Positions 49,561-59,926 of a stretch of DNA of 64,000 nt are shown here, in pieces. The DNA is taken from NCBI GenBank assembly GCA_048939995.1, contig JBHLOY010000002.1, forward strand, positions 448,001 through 512,000. The letters run 5' to 3'. The translations under genes and the position numbers were made by a program. The notes below the pieces were generated by a model, which made no database searches, was not told the origin of the DNA, and saw only the letters and a list, made by a program, of their open reading frames with translations. Position 1 is the first letter of the stretch; every line of letters begins with the position of its first letter. This stretch comes from Promethearchaeota archaeon (lineage in GTDB: Archaea; Asgardarchaeota; Lokiarchaeia; Sigyniarchaeales; SOKP01).

Positions 49561-52434
49561 TTAAAAAAAGATACCTTTCTTTCTGAAAAGCAATTTGAAA
49601 AGTTCAAGTCCTCCAATACAAATCAATGAGATTAAAAAGCATACTAACCAATCGAGACCGGTTAAATACATAAACATAAAATTTATACCCCAAGATTGTA
49701 GAGTTACTTGAAACCCAGGAATATACATTAAAGCAATAAAAACTCCGAATAATAAGCCAATTAAAAGATACATAAACTTGGTACTATCTTCTTTAAGGCT
49801 TCTAATTAAGGATTTATTTGGTCGTCTGATCTGGTACACTAGAAAAGATTCACAAAAAAATAGGGTTACCATAAGCATTGTAAGAGTTTTTGCTTGAGAA
49901 GGGGAAACACCTGGGGGAAATGATCCACCTGAAAAGAGGTAAGCACCGTTGAAAGCACCAAATTCATAGTTTTCTATAAAAACGGGATAACAACCTGTAA
50001 TAACTGTAAAATAGGTTATAATCATACAGCTGGCTAATAAGATACCAAATATAAGCAGTAGAATAAACGTGTTTTTTGAAAGAATTTGCTCCTCATCGCG
50101 TGGTTTTTGTTTCATAACATCTTTAGGAGTACGATCGAATGTTAATATTAAACCAGGGAATATATGTAAAGTTATTGAGAGAAATATCCATTGATAATAG
50201 AAAGCATCAGATAGAAAATAGGGTTGCCTCAAAATTACCGTCAGAATGAATTGTACAATCCCTTCAAATACATTAATCACAATATAAAAAAATACAACTG
50301 CACGAATTCGAGAAAAAATTCCTCTACCTTGTTCAATTCCCGTAACAATAGAATTAAATGAATCATCACTGATAACCATATCACTTGCTTCTTTAGCTAC
50401 ATCCGTTCCTTGTATTCCCATAGCTATCCCTGCATCAGCCATATTGAGAGCTAAAGCATCATTCACTCCATCTCCCGTCATAGCAACTACCTTATTTGCA
50501 TTTTGATATCTTTCCACAATATCCTCTTTATCTTCAGGAGAAACCCTAGCAAAAGCTTTAATTTTGCTGAAATCGTAGAATGACTTGATACTATTGACAT
50601 TTTTCCCCTCTATGACTATTTCATCTTCATGCTTTATTATAGATATTTGTTTTGCTATAGCTTCTGCTGTAGCGGGAGAATCTCCTGTTATCATTACTAC
50701 ATCAACCCCAGCTTCATAACATTGAAGGACACTTGCTTTAACACCTTCTCTAGGAGGATCTAAAATAGTTACAAAACCGATATAAATCATTTCTGATTCG
50801 CATAATTCTCTACTTTTGTCTCCTTCTGGAGGAATTTCATCTAATTTCTTATAACAGATACTTAATATCCGATAGCCTTGCTGTGCATATAGATCTGCTA
50901 TTTTATTTATTTTTTCTTTTATAATATCTGTAAAATCTACCTCAGTGTCTTTATATAGTACTTTTTTACATTGAGGCATGAGAATTTCACTAGCACCTTT
51001 CGTGAAAGAATAATATTTTCCATCTCTCTTGTATATCTTTGTCATTCTTTTTAATTTAGAATCAAATGGGTATTCCTTGATATACTCAAAATCGTCAAGC
51101 ATATAATCACCCATTCCTTTCTGGAAGAGGACCATCAAAGCACCTTCAGTCGGTGAGCCAATTACATTCCAGTTGGGTATAATCTTCCCAGAGATTTCAA
51201 TTTCATTTTTCACTAACGCAGAATTATTATTTAAAAATCCAGCAATTAATAACAGTTTAAGTTGAGGATAATTATCAATGTGTTTTACGTAAACAGGATT
51301 TTTTGGATCGTCTAATAAAATAATATCTCCATCGGGCGTATATCCACTTCCAGTAACTTTGAAAGTAGAGCCATTTGTCCATACATTTTGGATTGACATT
51401 TGGTTTTTCGTTAATGTACCAGTTTTATCAGAACAGACAACACTTACACGCCCTAGACTGTCAACAGAGGCAAGATTTCTGATAATAACACCCTGGCGAG
51501 CCATAACTAGAACTCCAGTTATCAAGATGATTGTTACAAGTAAGGGAATATTAATTGGTAAAAGATCCATGGCAGAATTCAAGCTAACTACAATTTCCAA
51601 ATCGCCCCAAATCCCTAAATTAATAAGCACAATTATTAACCAAAATCCAATCACAATTAGACCTAACCATTTTCCGAAGTTATTCATTTTCTGTCTAATT
51701 GGAATCTCACTTGTTCCTGCTTCCTCCAATCCTTTTGATATTTTGCCAATCTCTGTATCTCTTCCTGTTTTAACTGCAATCGCAATACCGTTACCAGTTG
51801 TGATATATGTCCCGTAAAATATCATATTGACTCGTTCTCCAATTGAAAGTTCTTTACTTTCTAACGCTTTTCCTTCTTGAAGCTTCTTTACAGGCTCACT
51901 CTCTCCACTAAGTGAGGCTTCATTGACTTCAAGATTGGACGATCTTATTATTCTTCCATCTGCTGGGATTCGATCTCCTTGCGTTAATACAAGTAAATCT
52001 CCTAAAACTACTTCCTTTGTTGCAATATCAATTTTTTCTCCATTTCTTATTACTGTCGTAGTCGGAGCTGTCATTTCTCTTAGGGCATTCAATTTTTTAG
52101 TTGCTCGATATTGTTGGATAATGGCAACCAAACAATTTAGAGCAACAATTCCCAAGGTTAATCCTATAAAAGTTAGATTACCTTCTCCACCCAAAACTGC
52201 TGCTAAAAATAATATTAAAGCCCCAATTAAATAAATAACAATTAACCAATTGAATAAGGGTGCTAAATATATTTTAATGAAACCTTTCGAAGCTTTAGGA
52301 ATTTCATTTAATCCATATAGTTCTAATCGTTTTTGAGCTTCTTCTTTAGATAATCCATTAGTTGGATGAGTTTGAAATTTTGAGTAAATTTGATTTAATT
52401 CCATCGAATAAAATGGTTCTATTGATACAGTCAT
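49561..52434 (-). CDS. P-type ATPase (P2-like scaffold, atypical TM4 PINIP)
   Basis: SGES, DKTGT, KGASE, TGD, GDGVND; about 10 TM. Confidence 0.92.
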   Translation of the reverse strand: MTVSIEPFYSMELNQIYSKFQTHPTNGLSKEEAQKRLELYGLNEIPKASKGFIKIYLAPLFNWLIVIYLIGALILFLAAVLGGEGNLTFIGLTLGIVALNCLVAIIQQYRATKKLNALREMTAPTTTVIRNGEKIDIATKEVVLGDLLVLTQGDRIPADGRIIRSSNLEVNEASLSGESEPVKKLQEGKALESKELSIGERVNMIFYGTYITTGNGIAIAVKTGRDTEIGKISKGLEEAGTSEIPIRQKMNNFGKWLGLIVIGFWLIIVLINLGIWGDLEIVVSLNSAMDLLPINIPLLVTIILITGVLVMARQGVIIRNLASVDSLGRVSVVCSDKTGTLTKNQMSIQNVWTNGSTFKVTGSGYTPDGDIILLDDPKNPVYVKHIDNYPQLKLLLIAGFLNNNSALVKNEIEISGKIIPNWNVIGSPTEGALMVLFQKGMGDYMLDDFEYIKEYPFDSKLKRMTKIYKRDGKYYSFTKGASEILMPQCKKVLYKDTEVDFTDIIKEKINKIADLYAQQGYRILSICYKKLDEIPPEGDKSRELCESEMIYIGFVTILDPPREGVKASVLQCYEAGVDVVMITGDSPATAEAIAKQISIIKHEDEIVIEGKNVNSIKSFYDFSKIKAFARVSPEDKEDIVERYQNANKVVAMTGDGVNDALALNMADAGIAMGIQGTDVAKEASDMVISDDSFNSIVTGIEQGRGIFSRIRAVVFFYIVINVFEGIVQFILTVILRQPYFLSDAFYYQWIFLSITLHIFPGLILTFDRTPKDVMKQKPRDEEQILSKNTFILLLIFGILLASCMIITYFTVITGCYPVFIENYEFGAFNGAYLFSGGSFPPGVSPSQAKTLTMLMVTLFFCESFLVYQIRRPNKSLIRSLKEDSTKFMYLLIGLLFGVFIALMYIPGFQVTLQSWGINFMFMYLTGLDWLVCFLISLICIGGLELFKLLFRKKGIFF

Positions 52435-52607
52435 AAGAATAGTCTCTCCCGCGACTTTTAAAAATTTTACAATATATGATGATAAGATTAAATCATTTTA
52501 ATAGATAGACTATAATAACAATTATTTTTATTTTATTTCTTTTTGAAACTAATTAGTAGTTTAAGAAATTAATTAAAAGAAAAAATGAGATTAGATTTTA
52601 ATTAGTC

Positions 52608-54332
52608 TTATAAAACTCCCGCATCTTTTAGAATCTGCTTATGATCAAAAGCCAAATCTATGCTTTTTACTTTTTCTATTGGTATCGCTTCAGCTATAAC
52701 TGCATCATCTCCTCCTGCCATTTCTGACAGATCTTTGACTAAGCGACATTTGAACGCCGTTGATACAATCCTACCGCGTGGATCACGCCCCTTTTTATCA
52801 TATGTACCAATCTTTTTAATAATTTCAACCACAAGATTAGTTTCCTCCCTAACTTCTCTTATTACAGCTTTTTCAGCATCTTCATTATATTGAATAAAAC
52901 CACCTGGAAGTGCATATTTTCCCCTTTCGGGATAATACTTTCTTTTAATAAGTATAAGATTTTGACTATCATCTAAAATGACAGCATCAGCAGTATATCC
53001 TTTTTCTTCTACTTTAGACTGCAATCGATATAAGAAAATGTAGGTAAAAGTTACTATAAACATTAATCCAATAACAGTTGAAGCAATGAGGTATGCTATA
53101 TTTCCGTATTGTAATGGATTTGTTCCTTGTATTAAAACATCAAAGAAGTCTTTTAAAATTCCCGCACTCAATATGATATTAACGAGATATAAAATTCTCC
53201 TTGTAGTTCTTTGATTCTTTTCATTTCTTTGAGTATAATATTCTTGCAATGAGTCATAGAGTAGTTCAAATTTCTTGGCGACTCTTTTCATTATTTTTTC
53301 GATTCGAAATATATCTAAAAGATGAGTTAAAATCCGTGTATAATGTTCTCGAGGGTTCCAGTCTAATTTACTATATAGCATGGTCATTTTCGTTTGGATC
53401 ATTCCCCTTAAAAATCTTAAGTTATCTATTTTACTTTCAATAGTTTCCAAACTCATAAAAACGTATGAATATCGTTTCATAAATAGTATATCCAATGAAT
53501 TTTCTATTGTCATTAATGCAAATAAAACAGATCTCACTTTTGGAGTAGGATCTAGTATATGTTCTTCAATATATTTGAACTCTTTTTGATAATTGTCTTG
53601 TACCATATATATGAAACCTGAATTTCTCTGAATATAATGTAATTCAGAAAGCCGATTAGAAAAATTCTTCTCTGTCCTTCTATCAAATAGTTCCTCAGAA
53701 TAATCAGGCCACTGCCCAGAATAGATTCGTGTCCAATATCCAATGCTTTTTTTATATTGTTCTCGATTATTACTATCCCATTGAACAGTATGGGGCATTG
53801 TTTTATTAGAGATAACGAAAACATAAATAGGACTTTCTAAATCAAGGATTAAAAACTCATTTTCCCTTCTTTTATTAAATTCTTTAAGAATATCTACAGC
53901 GATAAAGGGAACTTGTTGGATCAAATCAGGAGTTATTTTTTCTTTCTTATATTCCTCATTCTTATAATATTCAACTTCTAATTTGAAATATCCGAGAGTG
54001 TTATATTCTAATTTTTTTTGTTCATCAACTTCCGAATATGGCTTATTTTCGTCAGTGTAAGGAAAACTTTGGAAATATGGTTCCCAATCGCATTCTATTG
54101 ATATTGAACTTGCCATATCTCTTAATGTTTCTTTCTTTATTTCAGCCTGCGGATATTTATCTAAATATAAAAAAGCTTTACTAAAGTCTTCCTCACTTAA
54201 ATTACGTAATCTTCTTATTAATAATTCTTCTATTTGTTCTGCCTTTATTTCCCCAACGAATTCAACCGTATTAATAAAAGCACTGATATACCAGTATTCT
54301 TTTCCGTAGATAAAACGTAGGTTTTCTTCCAT
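52608..54332 (-). CDS. CorA-like 2-TM protein fused to C-terminal NUDIX hydrolase
   Basis: Large soluble N-terminus, long helices, two TM segments, then Nudix box GGFIQYNEDAEKAVIREVREETNL, RDPRG, LAFDH. Confidence 0.75.
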   Translation of the reverse strand: MEENLRFIYGKEYWYISAFINTVEFVGEIKAEQIEELLIRRLRNLSEEDFSKAFLYLDKYPQAEIKKETLRDMASSISIECDWEPYFQSFPYTDENKPYSEVDEQKKLEYNTLGYFKLEVEYYKNEEYKKEKITPDLIQQVPFIAVDILKEFNKRRENEFLILDLESPIYVFVISNKTMPHTVQWDSNNREQYKKSIGYWTRIYSGQWPDYSEELFDRRTEKNFSNRLSELHYIQRNSGFIYMVQDNYQKEFKYIEEHILDPTPKVRSVLFALMTIENSLDILFMKRYSYVFMSLETIESKIDNLRFLRGMIQTKMTMLYSKLDWNPREHYTRILTHLLDIFRIEKIMKRVAKKFELLYDSLQEYYTQRNEKNQRTTRRILYLVNIILSAGILKDFFDVLIQGTNPLQYGNIAYLIASTVIGLMFIVTFTYIFLYRLQSKVEEKGYTADAVILDDSQNLILIKRKYYPERGKYALPGGFIQYNEDAEKAVIREVREETNLVVEIIKKIGTYDKKGRDPRGRIVSTAFKCRLVKDLSEMAGGDDAVIAEAIPIEKVKSIDLAFDHKQILKDAGVL

Positions 54333-54433
54333 TTGTAATTTGCCCTCTTAGTTATTTTTATTTAGAGTGATTAAATAATTATTAAATTGTTATTCTATTT
54401 ATTACTTTTTTTTCAAAATAAATATTATTACTT

Positions 54434-55249
54434 TTAAATTTCTTTATTAGATTTTAATTTAACTCTAATTTTTTGAAAAACTTTATTCCAATCAATATAT
54501 ACCAGCAAGAATAGAAGAATAATTGATGCCGCCCAAACTAATGAACTTTGGAAAATCTCTAAAGGTGTGCTGGGAGGAATAATTCCCAATCGCGCAGCGT
54601 CAATATCTATGCCAAATAAACCAAACAGAAAAATTCCTAATGAAGTATCAGCAAGCCAAATTGGGAGTGCGCTACATAAAAAGCATAGGGTGAATTTTCC
54701 AGCGAAACAATATATCAATGTCTTAACGAGGCTATATTGAGCAAGTCCTAAAACGATTAGAAATGCATCGTCTGGAAGAGGTGTAGCTGCAAAAATGAAA
54801 ATCAGGATTGGAGCCCAACCTTTATCTACATATCTTTTCATCCTTTCCATACTTTTAGAATCTCCGATAATTTCTTTTGAACTGCGTCCAATTAACCATG
54901 CACTTACTTCTCCAATACTAGCTCCTAATCCAGCTACAATTCCAATTAATATGGGATTTACACCAGGTATTACGGCAGATATCACGATTAAAGCAACAAC
55001 ATAAGGAACGGGAAAAATTATTGTAAAATTACCGAAAATACTAATTAAAAATATCCCTAGATATATTCCAAAATCCCCAAATTCATTATAGAACCATATA
55101 ACTGCGTTAGCAAGCCATTGACCAAAATTGATGTTTAATAATGCAAATATAATAAATAAAATTAAAATCGCACCAATAAATATTATTCCTCCATACTTTT
55201 TCAGAAAACTAAATCCTTTAGAATTTTTTACTCTATTTCCACTATTCAT
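54434..55249 (-). CDS. VTT/DedA-superfamily (SNARE-associated Golgi, VMP1/TMEM41-like) membrane protein
   Basis: IFPVPY, GLGASIGE..AWLIGR, FAATPLPDD, AGK. Confidence 0.82.
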   Translation of the reverse strand: MNSGNRVKNSKGFSFLKKYGGIIFIGAILILFIIFALLNINFGQWLANAVIWFYNEFGDFGIYLGIFLISIFGNFTIIFPVPYVVALIVISAVIPGVNPILIGIVAGLGASIGEVSAWLIGRSSKEIIGDSKSMERMKRYVDKGWAPILIFIFAATPLPDDAFLIVLGLAQYSLVKTLIYCFAGKFTLCFLCSALPIWLADTSLGIFLFGLFGIDIDAARLGIIPPSTPLEIFQSSLVWAASIILLFLLVYIDWNKVFQKIRVKLKSNKEI

Positions 55250-55278
55250 CTGTGATCTCCTAAATAAATATATTATAA

Positions 55279-58131
55279 TTAAAATCTGATGTTTCTTCTT
55301 CTTGCGAAATACTTCACTACTTCAATTCCAATTATACCCGGCAGAGAAAATAGGATGCAATAGAACCAGTCTGTAAGACTTAGGAACATAAAATTAATTT
55401 GGAAATTTAATCCCGATGCCTCATTTAAAAAATAATTTATTGGTGCTGAGAAACAAATATGCAAAATGTGTAAGGATAATGTAAAAAGGCTAATAATTAA
55501 CAATTTCCAATTAAATTCCTCTTTAATACTCTTAAAAAGCGATTTATTTGGTCGCCTGATACTCCAAATGAAGTTTGTCTCAACGATATAAAGGGTAGTA
55601 ATAAACATAGTTCTCGCTTTTTGGGCTAACCCTACTGATCCAGAATAGCTTAAGTCAATATTATAGGAATTTAATGGGATTAGGTTTGCTAGGGTCATTT
55701 GTAATGCTAAGACTAAGCCTAAACCCATTAGGAACGCATGTATAAGTAGCAATCCCCAGATATTTCTGTTTAGTATTTCTTCTCCATTTCGTGGAGGTTC
55801 CTGCATTACATCCTTAGGTGCTTTATCTATAACTAATGCTAAAGAGGGAAGTGAATGGACTATACCAAAAATGTAAAGATGTTGCCATTCGGAACTAAAT
55901 AGTTGAAAAACTCCGGGCGGGATGAATTCATAAGTAAAAAATATTAGAGCTTCCATTATATTTAAACAAATAAAGAAGTATACAATTACTCTTATCTTAG
56001 CAAACAATCCCCTCCCGATTTTTACACCTTTTACTATAGATGTAAAATTATCATCTGATATGACCAAATCTGCTGTTTCTTTAGCTACATCTGTGCCAGT
56101 AATTCCCATAGCTATTCCGGTATTAGCTAACTTTAATGCTAAAGCATCATTTATACCATCACCCGTCATAGCTACAATCTTATTAGCATTCTGGTACTTT
56201 CTTACTATAACCTCTTTATCTGAAGGAGATACTCTAGCAAAAACAGATACACGGTTAAATTCACTGTCATCAAGATCAGATATCTTGGATCCTTCAGCAA
56301 CTATATCATTTGGTTTAAATATTCTCATTTGGGAGGCAATTGTTTGAGCAGTGTTTGGATGATCTCCTGTGATCATAGTAACTTTAATACCTCCAGATTC
56401 ACATTCTTCTACTGATTCTCTAACATAATTACGAGGTGGATCTAGAATTGATAAAAAACTTAGAAAAGTTAAATCTTTCTCGATATTTTCTCTTGCCTTC
56501 TCAGCTTCATTTTCTAACTCTTTATACGCTATAGCTAAGATTCTGTATCCTTGTTTTGCTCTTGATTGTATTTTATCTAATAGCTCTTGTTTCTTCTCTT
56601 TTGACAATAAGCTAATTATTCCATCAATTTCAATCTGATTAGTAATTTCTAATATTTTTTCGGGAGCTCCTTTGGAAAATACATAATTAGTATTTTTATC
56701 ACTATTTAATCTACAAATAGTTGACATTCGTTTGATTTCAGAACTGAATGAAAATTCTTTTAGCTTAGTATAAGATTTTATAATATCATATGGAATATAA
56801 CCTGCTTTTTCAGCTAAGGTTAGCAATGATGCTTCAGTAGAGGAGCCTAATGCCCTTCTAACTGCCATTTGTTTGACATCTTTTAGTTTAACTTTAACAT
56901 CTTCATAAATGAGTCTTGCATTATTATTTAACACACTTGATTCAATGAATTTTTGAAATGTTTTATCTTCTTTTAAATTTACAGCTTTACCATTATCTAG
57001 AATAATACCCTCTGCTTCATAACCAGAACCTGTTACACAATATTCCTTATCATTTATCCAAAATTTTTCAACTGTCATTTCATTTCTAGTTATCGTTCCA
57101 GTTTTATCTGAGCAAATTACAGAAACCCTACCTAAAGATTCAATAGCTGAAAGATTCTTAATTATGACTCCACTTTCAGCCATTTTTAGTACTCCTGTAA
57201 TTAAAACTAACGTAGTTAATATAGGCAAATTTATAGGCATAATATTCATTGACCTAAGGATTGAACTAGTTAAAGCTTCACTAATATTATCTCCGTAGAA
57301 AAGTCCTTGAATTCCTAAGAAGCTGAATTTATATATTATTAGGATAATTAGGATTACAATTACAATACTACCTAAAATATATCCTATTCTGTTCAATTTT
57401 TTAGTTAATGGGATTTCTTCAATACTACCCATTTCATTTAATTGATTCGAGATTTTACCTATTTCGGTATTGATGCCCGTTCCTGTCACTAAAGCCCTTG
57501 CTCTTCCAGTATTTATATAGGTCCCCATAAACACCATGTTAAGTTGTTTTTGTATTGGTAATTCCCCATTTCTCAGAGTATAATTATGTTTTTCAACAGG
57601 TTCGCTCTCACCAGTTAAGGAAGCTTCATCAATTGTTAAATTAGTAAATTCTATTATTCTAGCATCTGCAGGAGTTTTATCTCCTTCTTCCAATAAAATT
57701 ATATCTCCTGGTAATAATTCTCGAGTGGGTATTTCAAATTGTATACCATCTCTTAGAACCACTGCTTTTAAAGCACCAATTTTTCTAAGGGATTCAAGAG
57801 CTTTTTGTGCTCTGAATTGCTGAATTATTACAGTTATAGAATTTAGAATTACTACTATGAACGTAATTATTGTGGATCCCGGTGAACCTAAAAAAAGCAC
57901 AAGAATCCCAGAAATAAGTAAAATTATAATCAAAAAATTGAATATAGGAGCTAAATAAATTTTCCAGATTGATTTTTTAATTTTGGGTAACTCGTTGTAT
58001 CCAAAACTAGAATAACGAGATTCCAAATCAGATGAATTTAAACCTTTTTCTTTATCACTAGTAAAAGTTTGAATTAATTCTGGTATTGTTTGAGAGTAAT
58101 ATTTATTATTAGATATTGGAAATTCTGACAT
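55279..58131 (-). CDS. P-type ATPase (P2-like scaffold, atypical TM4 PINLP)
   Basis: TGES, DKTGT, KGAPE, TGD, GDGIND; about 10 TM; paralog of 49561..52434. Confidence 0.92.
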   Translation of the reverse strand: MSEFPISNNKYYSQTIPELIQTFTSDKEKGLNSSDLESRYSSFGYNELPKIKKSIWKIYLAPIFNFLIIILLISGILVLFLGSPGSTIITFIVVILNSITVIIQQFRAQKALESLRKIGALKAVVLRDGIQFEIPTRELLPGDIILLEEGDKTPADARIIEFTNLTIDEASLTGESEPVEKHNYTLRNGELPIQKQLNMVFMGTYINTGRARALVTGTGINTEIGKISNQLNEMGSIEEIPLTKKLNRIGYILGSIVIVILIILIIYKFSFLGIQGLFYGDNISEALTSSILRSMNIMPINLPILTTLVLITGVLKMAESGVIIKNLSAIESLGRVSVICSDKTGTITRNEMTVEKFWINDKEYCVTGSGYEAEGIILDNGKAVNLKEDKTFQKFIESSVLNNNARLIYEDVKVKLKDVKQMAVRRALGSSTEASLLTLAEKAGYIPYDIIKSYTKLKEFSFSSEIKRMSTICRLNSDKNTNYVFSKGAPEKILEITNQIEIDGIISLLSKEKKQELLDKIQSRAKQGYRILAIAYKELENEAEKARENIEKDLTFLSFLSILDPPRNYVRESVEECESGGIKVTMITGDHPNTAQTIASQMRIFKPNDIVAEGSKISDLDDSEFNRVSVFARVSPSDKEVIVRKYQNANKIVAMTGDGINDALALKLANTGIAMGITGTDVAKETADLVISDDNFTSIVKGVKIGRGLFAKIRVIVYFFICLNIMEALIFFTYEFIPPGVFQLFSSEWQHLYIFGIVHSLPSLALVIDKAPKDVMQEPPRNGEEILNRNIWGLLLIHAFLMGLGLVLALQMTLANLIPLNSYNIDLSYSGSVGLAQKARTMFITTLYIVETNFIWSIRRPNKSLFKSIKEEFNWKLLIISLFTLSLHILHICFSAPINYFLNEASGLNFQINFMFLSLTDWFYCILFSLPGIIGIEVVKYFARRRNIRF

Positions 58132-58214
58132 AAAAAATCTAGAAGATAATATTGAATAATTATAATTATAAAATTAAAACTTATTAATTAATCATCCTTT
58201 AAACCAATGATTAA

Positions 58215-59180
58215 TTATGCCTTGATAGTTTGAGGATCTCCAAGAATGCCTTTTAAAACGTTAAATTTTTTTCTAATTGTAGTACTTGAGAATTTTGTGG
58301 TTTCTTCTATAATACTCTGGGTAAAAATTTTCTTATTATCAAGTGTTTGCCCTATATAATAAATCAAGCCAGCAGTAAAGGCTTTATAATTCAGATTTTG
58401 AACATCAGAGTATTTTATCTGCTGTAGTAATTTGGCGACTAGTAATTGCATCTCAACTTTTAATTTATCATATTCAGATTTGCTTGAAAAATGATTTTTT
58501 ATTTTATCATAGGTAATATTATTAAGATCTTTTTGGAATAATATTTTAATTTTTTCTTTGATTTCACGTTCTAGAGTTGAAGTATCCTTGAGATCTTTAT
58601 TGAACGTATTCTCTGTTCGCTTTACCTTAAGCATAGCATTATTAAGCATTTTTTTATTAATTTTATGTCCTAATTCTCGAGCAATTCTAATGTATTCTTC
58701 TAACCTTACGTTTGTTGTATCTTTTATTTCCAACCAGAGAATTGCTAAAAAGATTATAACCATATTTTGATATGTATGTCTATGATACTTGTTATATTTA
58801 AGATATCTATCCTTGATTTCTTGATACTTTACTTTATCAATATTTAATCCTATCCCATAACTCTTAAATAGTTCAATAGTTTTTTTTTGTTCAGAAAAGC
58901 TTGATTGATAATCTCTATACCAAATGTCTAATGTCTTTATTTGGTCATATTTTTGTTTTATTTTGGGGTCTTGAATTGCTTTTGAATCACCTGACCTAAT
59001 TTTTCGCTCATAATTTATCTGAGAATCTGAATATAAAATAGGGGTGGTAGATTCCTCAAAAGCAATGCGATCCTCAAAAATTAAACCGCAATCTTTACAA
59101 ACTAAATAACCACCATTTTGCTCAATATTCTTATGGTCACATTTAGAGTCTTCAGAGTTTATAGTTCTTTTTTTTTTCAA
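58215..59180 (-). CDS. Divergent TFIIB/TFB-like protein
   Basis: Zn ribbon CDH..VCKDCG; C-terminal cyclin-repeat HTH AGLIYY..TQSII..SSTTIRK. Confidence 0.65.
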   Translation of the reverse strand: MKKKRTINSEDSKCDHKNIEQNGGYLVCKDCGLIFEDRIAFEESTTPILYSDSQINYERKIRSGDSKAIQDPKIKQKYDQIKTLDIWYRDYQSSFSEQKKTIELFKSYGIGLNIDKVKYQEIKDRYLKYNKYHRHTYQNMVIIFLAILWLEIKDTTNVRLEEYIRIARELGHKINKKMLNNAMLKVKRTENTFNKDLKDTSTLEREIKEKIKILFQKDLNNITYDKIKNHFSSKSEYDKLKVEMQLLVAKLLQQIKYSDVQNLNYKAFTAGLIYYIGQTLDNKKIFTQSIIEETTKFSSTTIRKKFNVLKGILGDPQTIKA

Positions 59181-59332
59181 AAGCGGCTCAACTTATTATT
59201 CAAATATCTATTCTAATTTTCAAAAAGAAAAATATGCAAAATTTTTATTTAAATTTTTATAAAATGTCATCAAAATAATTATTATAAATAATTCTCTTAT
59301 TAAATAATAACTATAAAACAGTATAAGCAAGG

Positions 59333-59887
59333 ATGAAAAAAAACTCGATTCTTAAATATTTGAAATACTTTAGTGTTGGTTTTATCATTGTATTAGCAGT
59401 TGAGGTTATAGATATTGCTTTATTCAGTTCTATAATTGACCTTAATTTAGGGATTTACAATTTAAATATAATTACAATCATTTTTACATCAGGTTTTACT
59501 TCATTAGAAGTCATGCTAGAATGGTTAATATTATTTACAATCATCTGTGCATTTCTAATACTCGGAACTATAATGCTTATATTATCATTTAAAAAGAACC
59601 TCGAAGAAAAGTTACTAATTAAATTTATTCTATTAATTGGTTTATTTTTTCTTATTTCTGGTTTAATTAAAACATTTATAATCTATCTTTTAGGTATGTC
59701 TACTATTCAATACGACAGTACCTCTATCACAGTTCAAAATGCGATCTATACTGAATCAATAACTCCCTTCATAGGGGTTATAATGTGGATTTACTTTTGG
59801 GCTGTTAGCATGGTCATTTTAACATCAGGACTTATTCTTGGAGGCGTTGGACTTAAATCCTTATTGGATAATGAAGGAAAAAAATAA
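59333..59887 (+). CDS. Hypothetical 4-TM membrane protein
   Basis: Four hydrophobic segments. Confidence 0.6.
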   Translation: MKKNSILKYLKYFSVGFIIVLAVEVIDIALFSSIIDLNLGIYNLNIITIIFTSGFTSLEVMLEWLILFTIICAFLILGTIMLILSFKKNLEEKLLIKFILLIGLFFLISGLIKTFIIYLLGMSTIQYDSTSITVQNAIYTESITPFIGVIMWIYFWAVSMVILTSGLILGGVGLKSLLDNEGKK

Positions 59888-59926
59888 AAGCCGTTATTAA
59901 AAATAAGTAAAAAAGAAAGTCTTAAT

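Noticed and set aside
49561-58131. Default annotation as Ca2+-transporting P2A ATPases
   Set aside because: The TM4 Glu and TM6 Asn/Asp ligands needed for Ca2+ binding are absent in both copies
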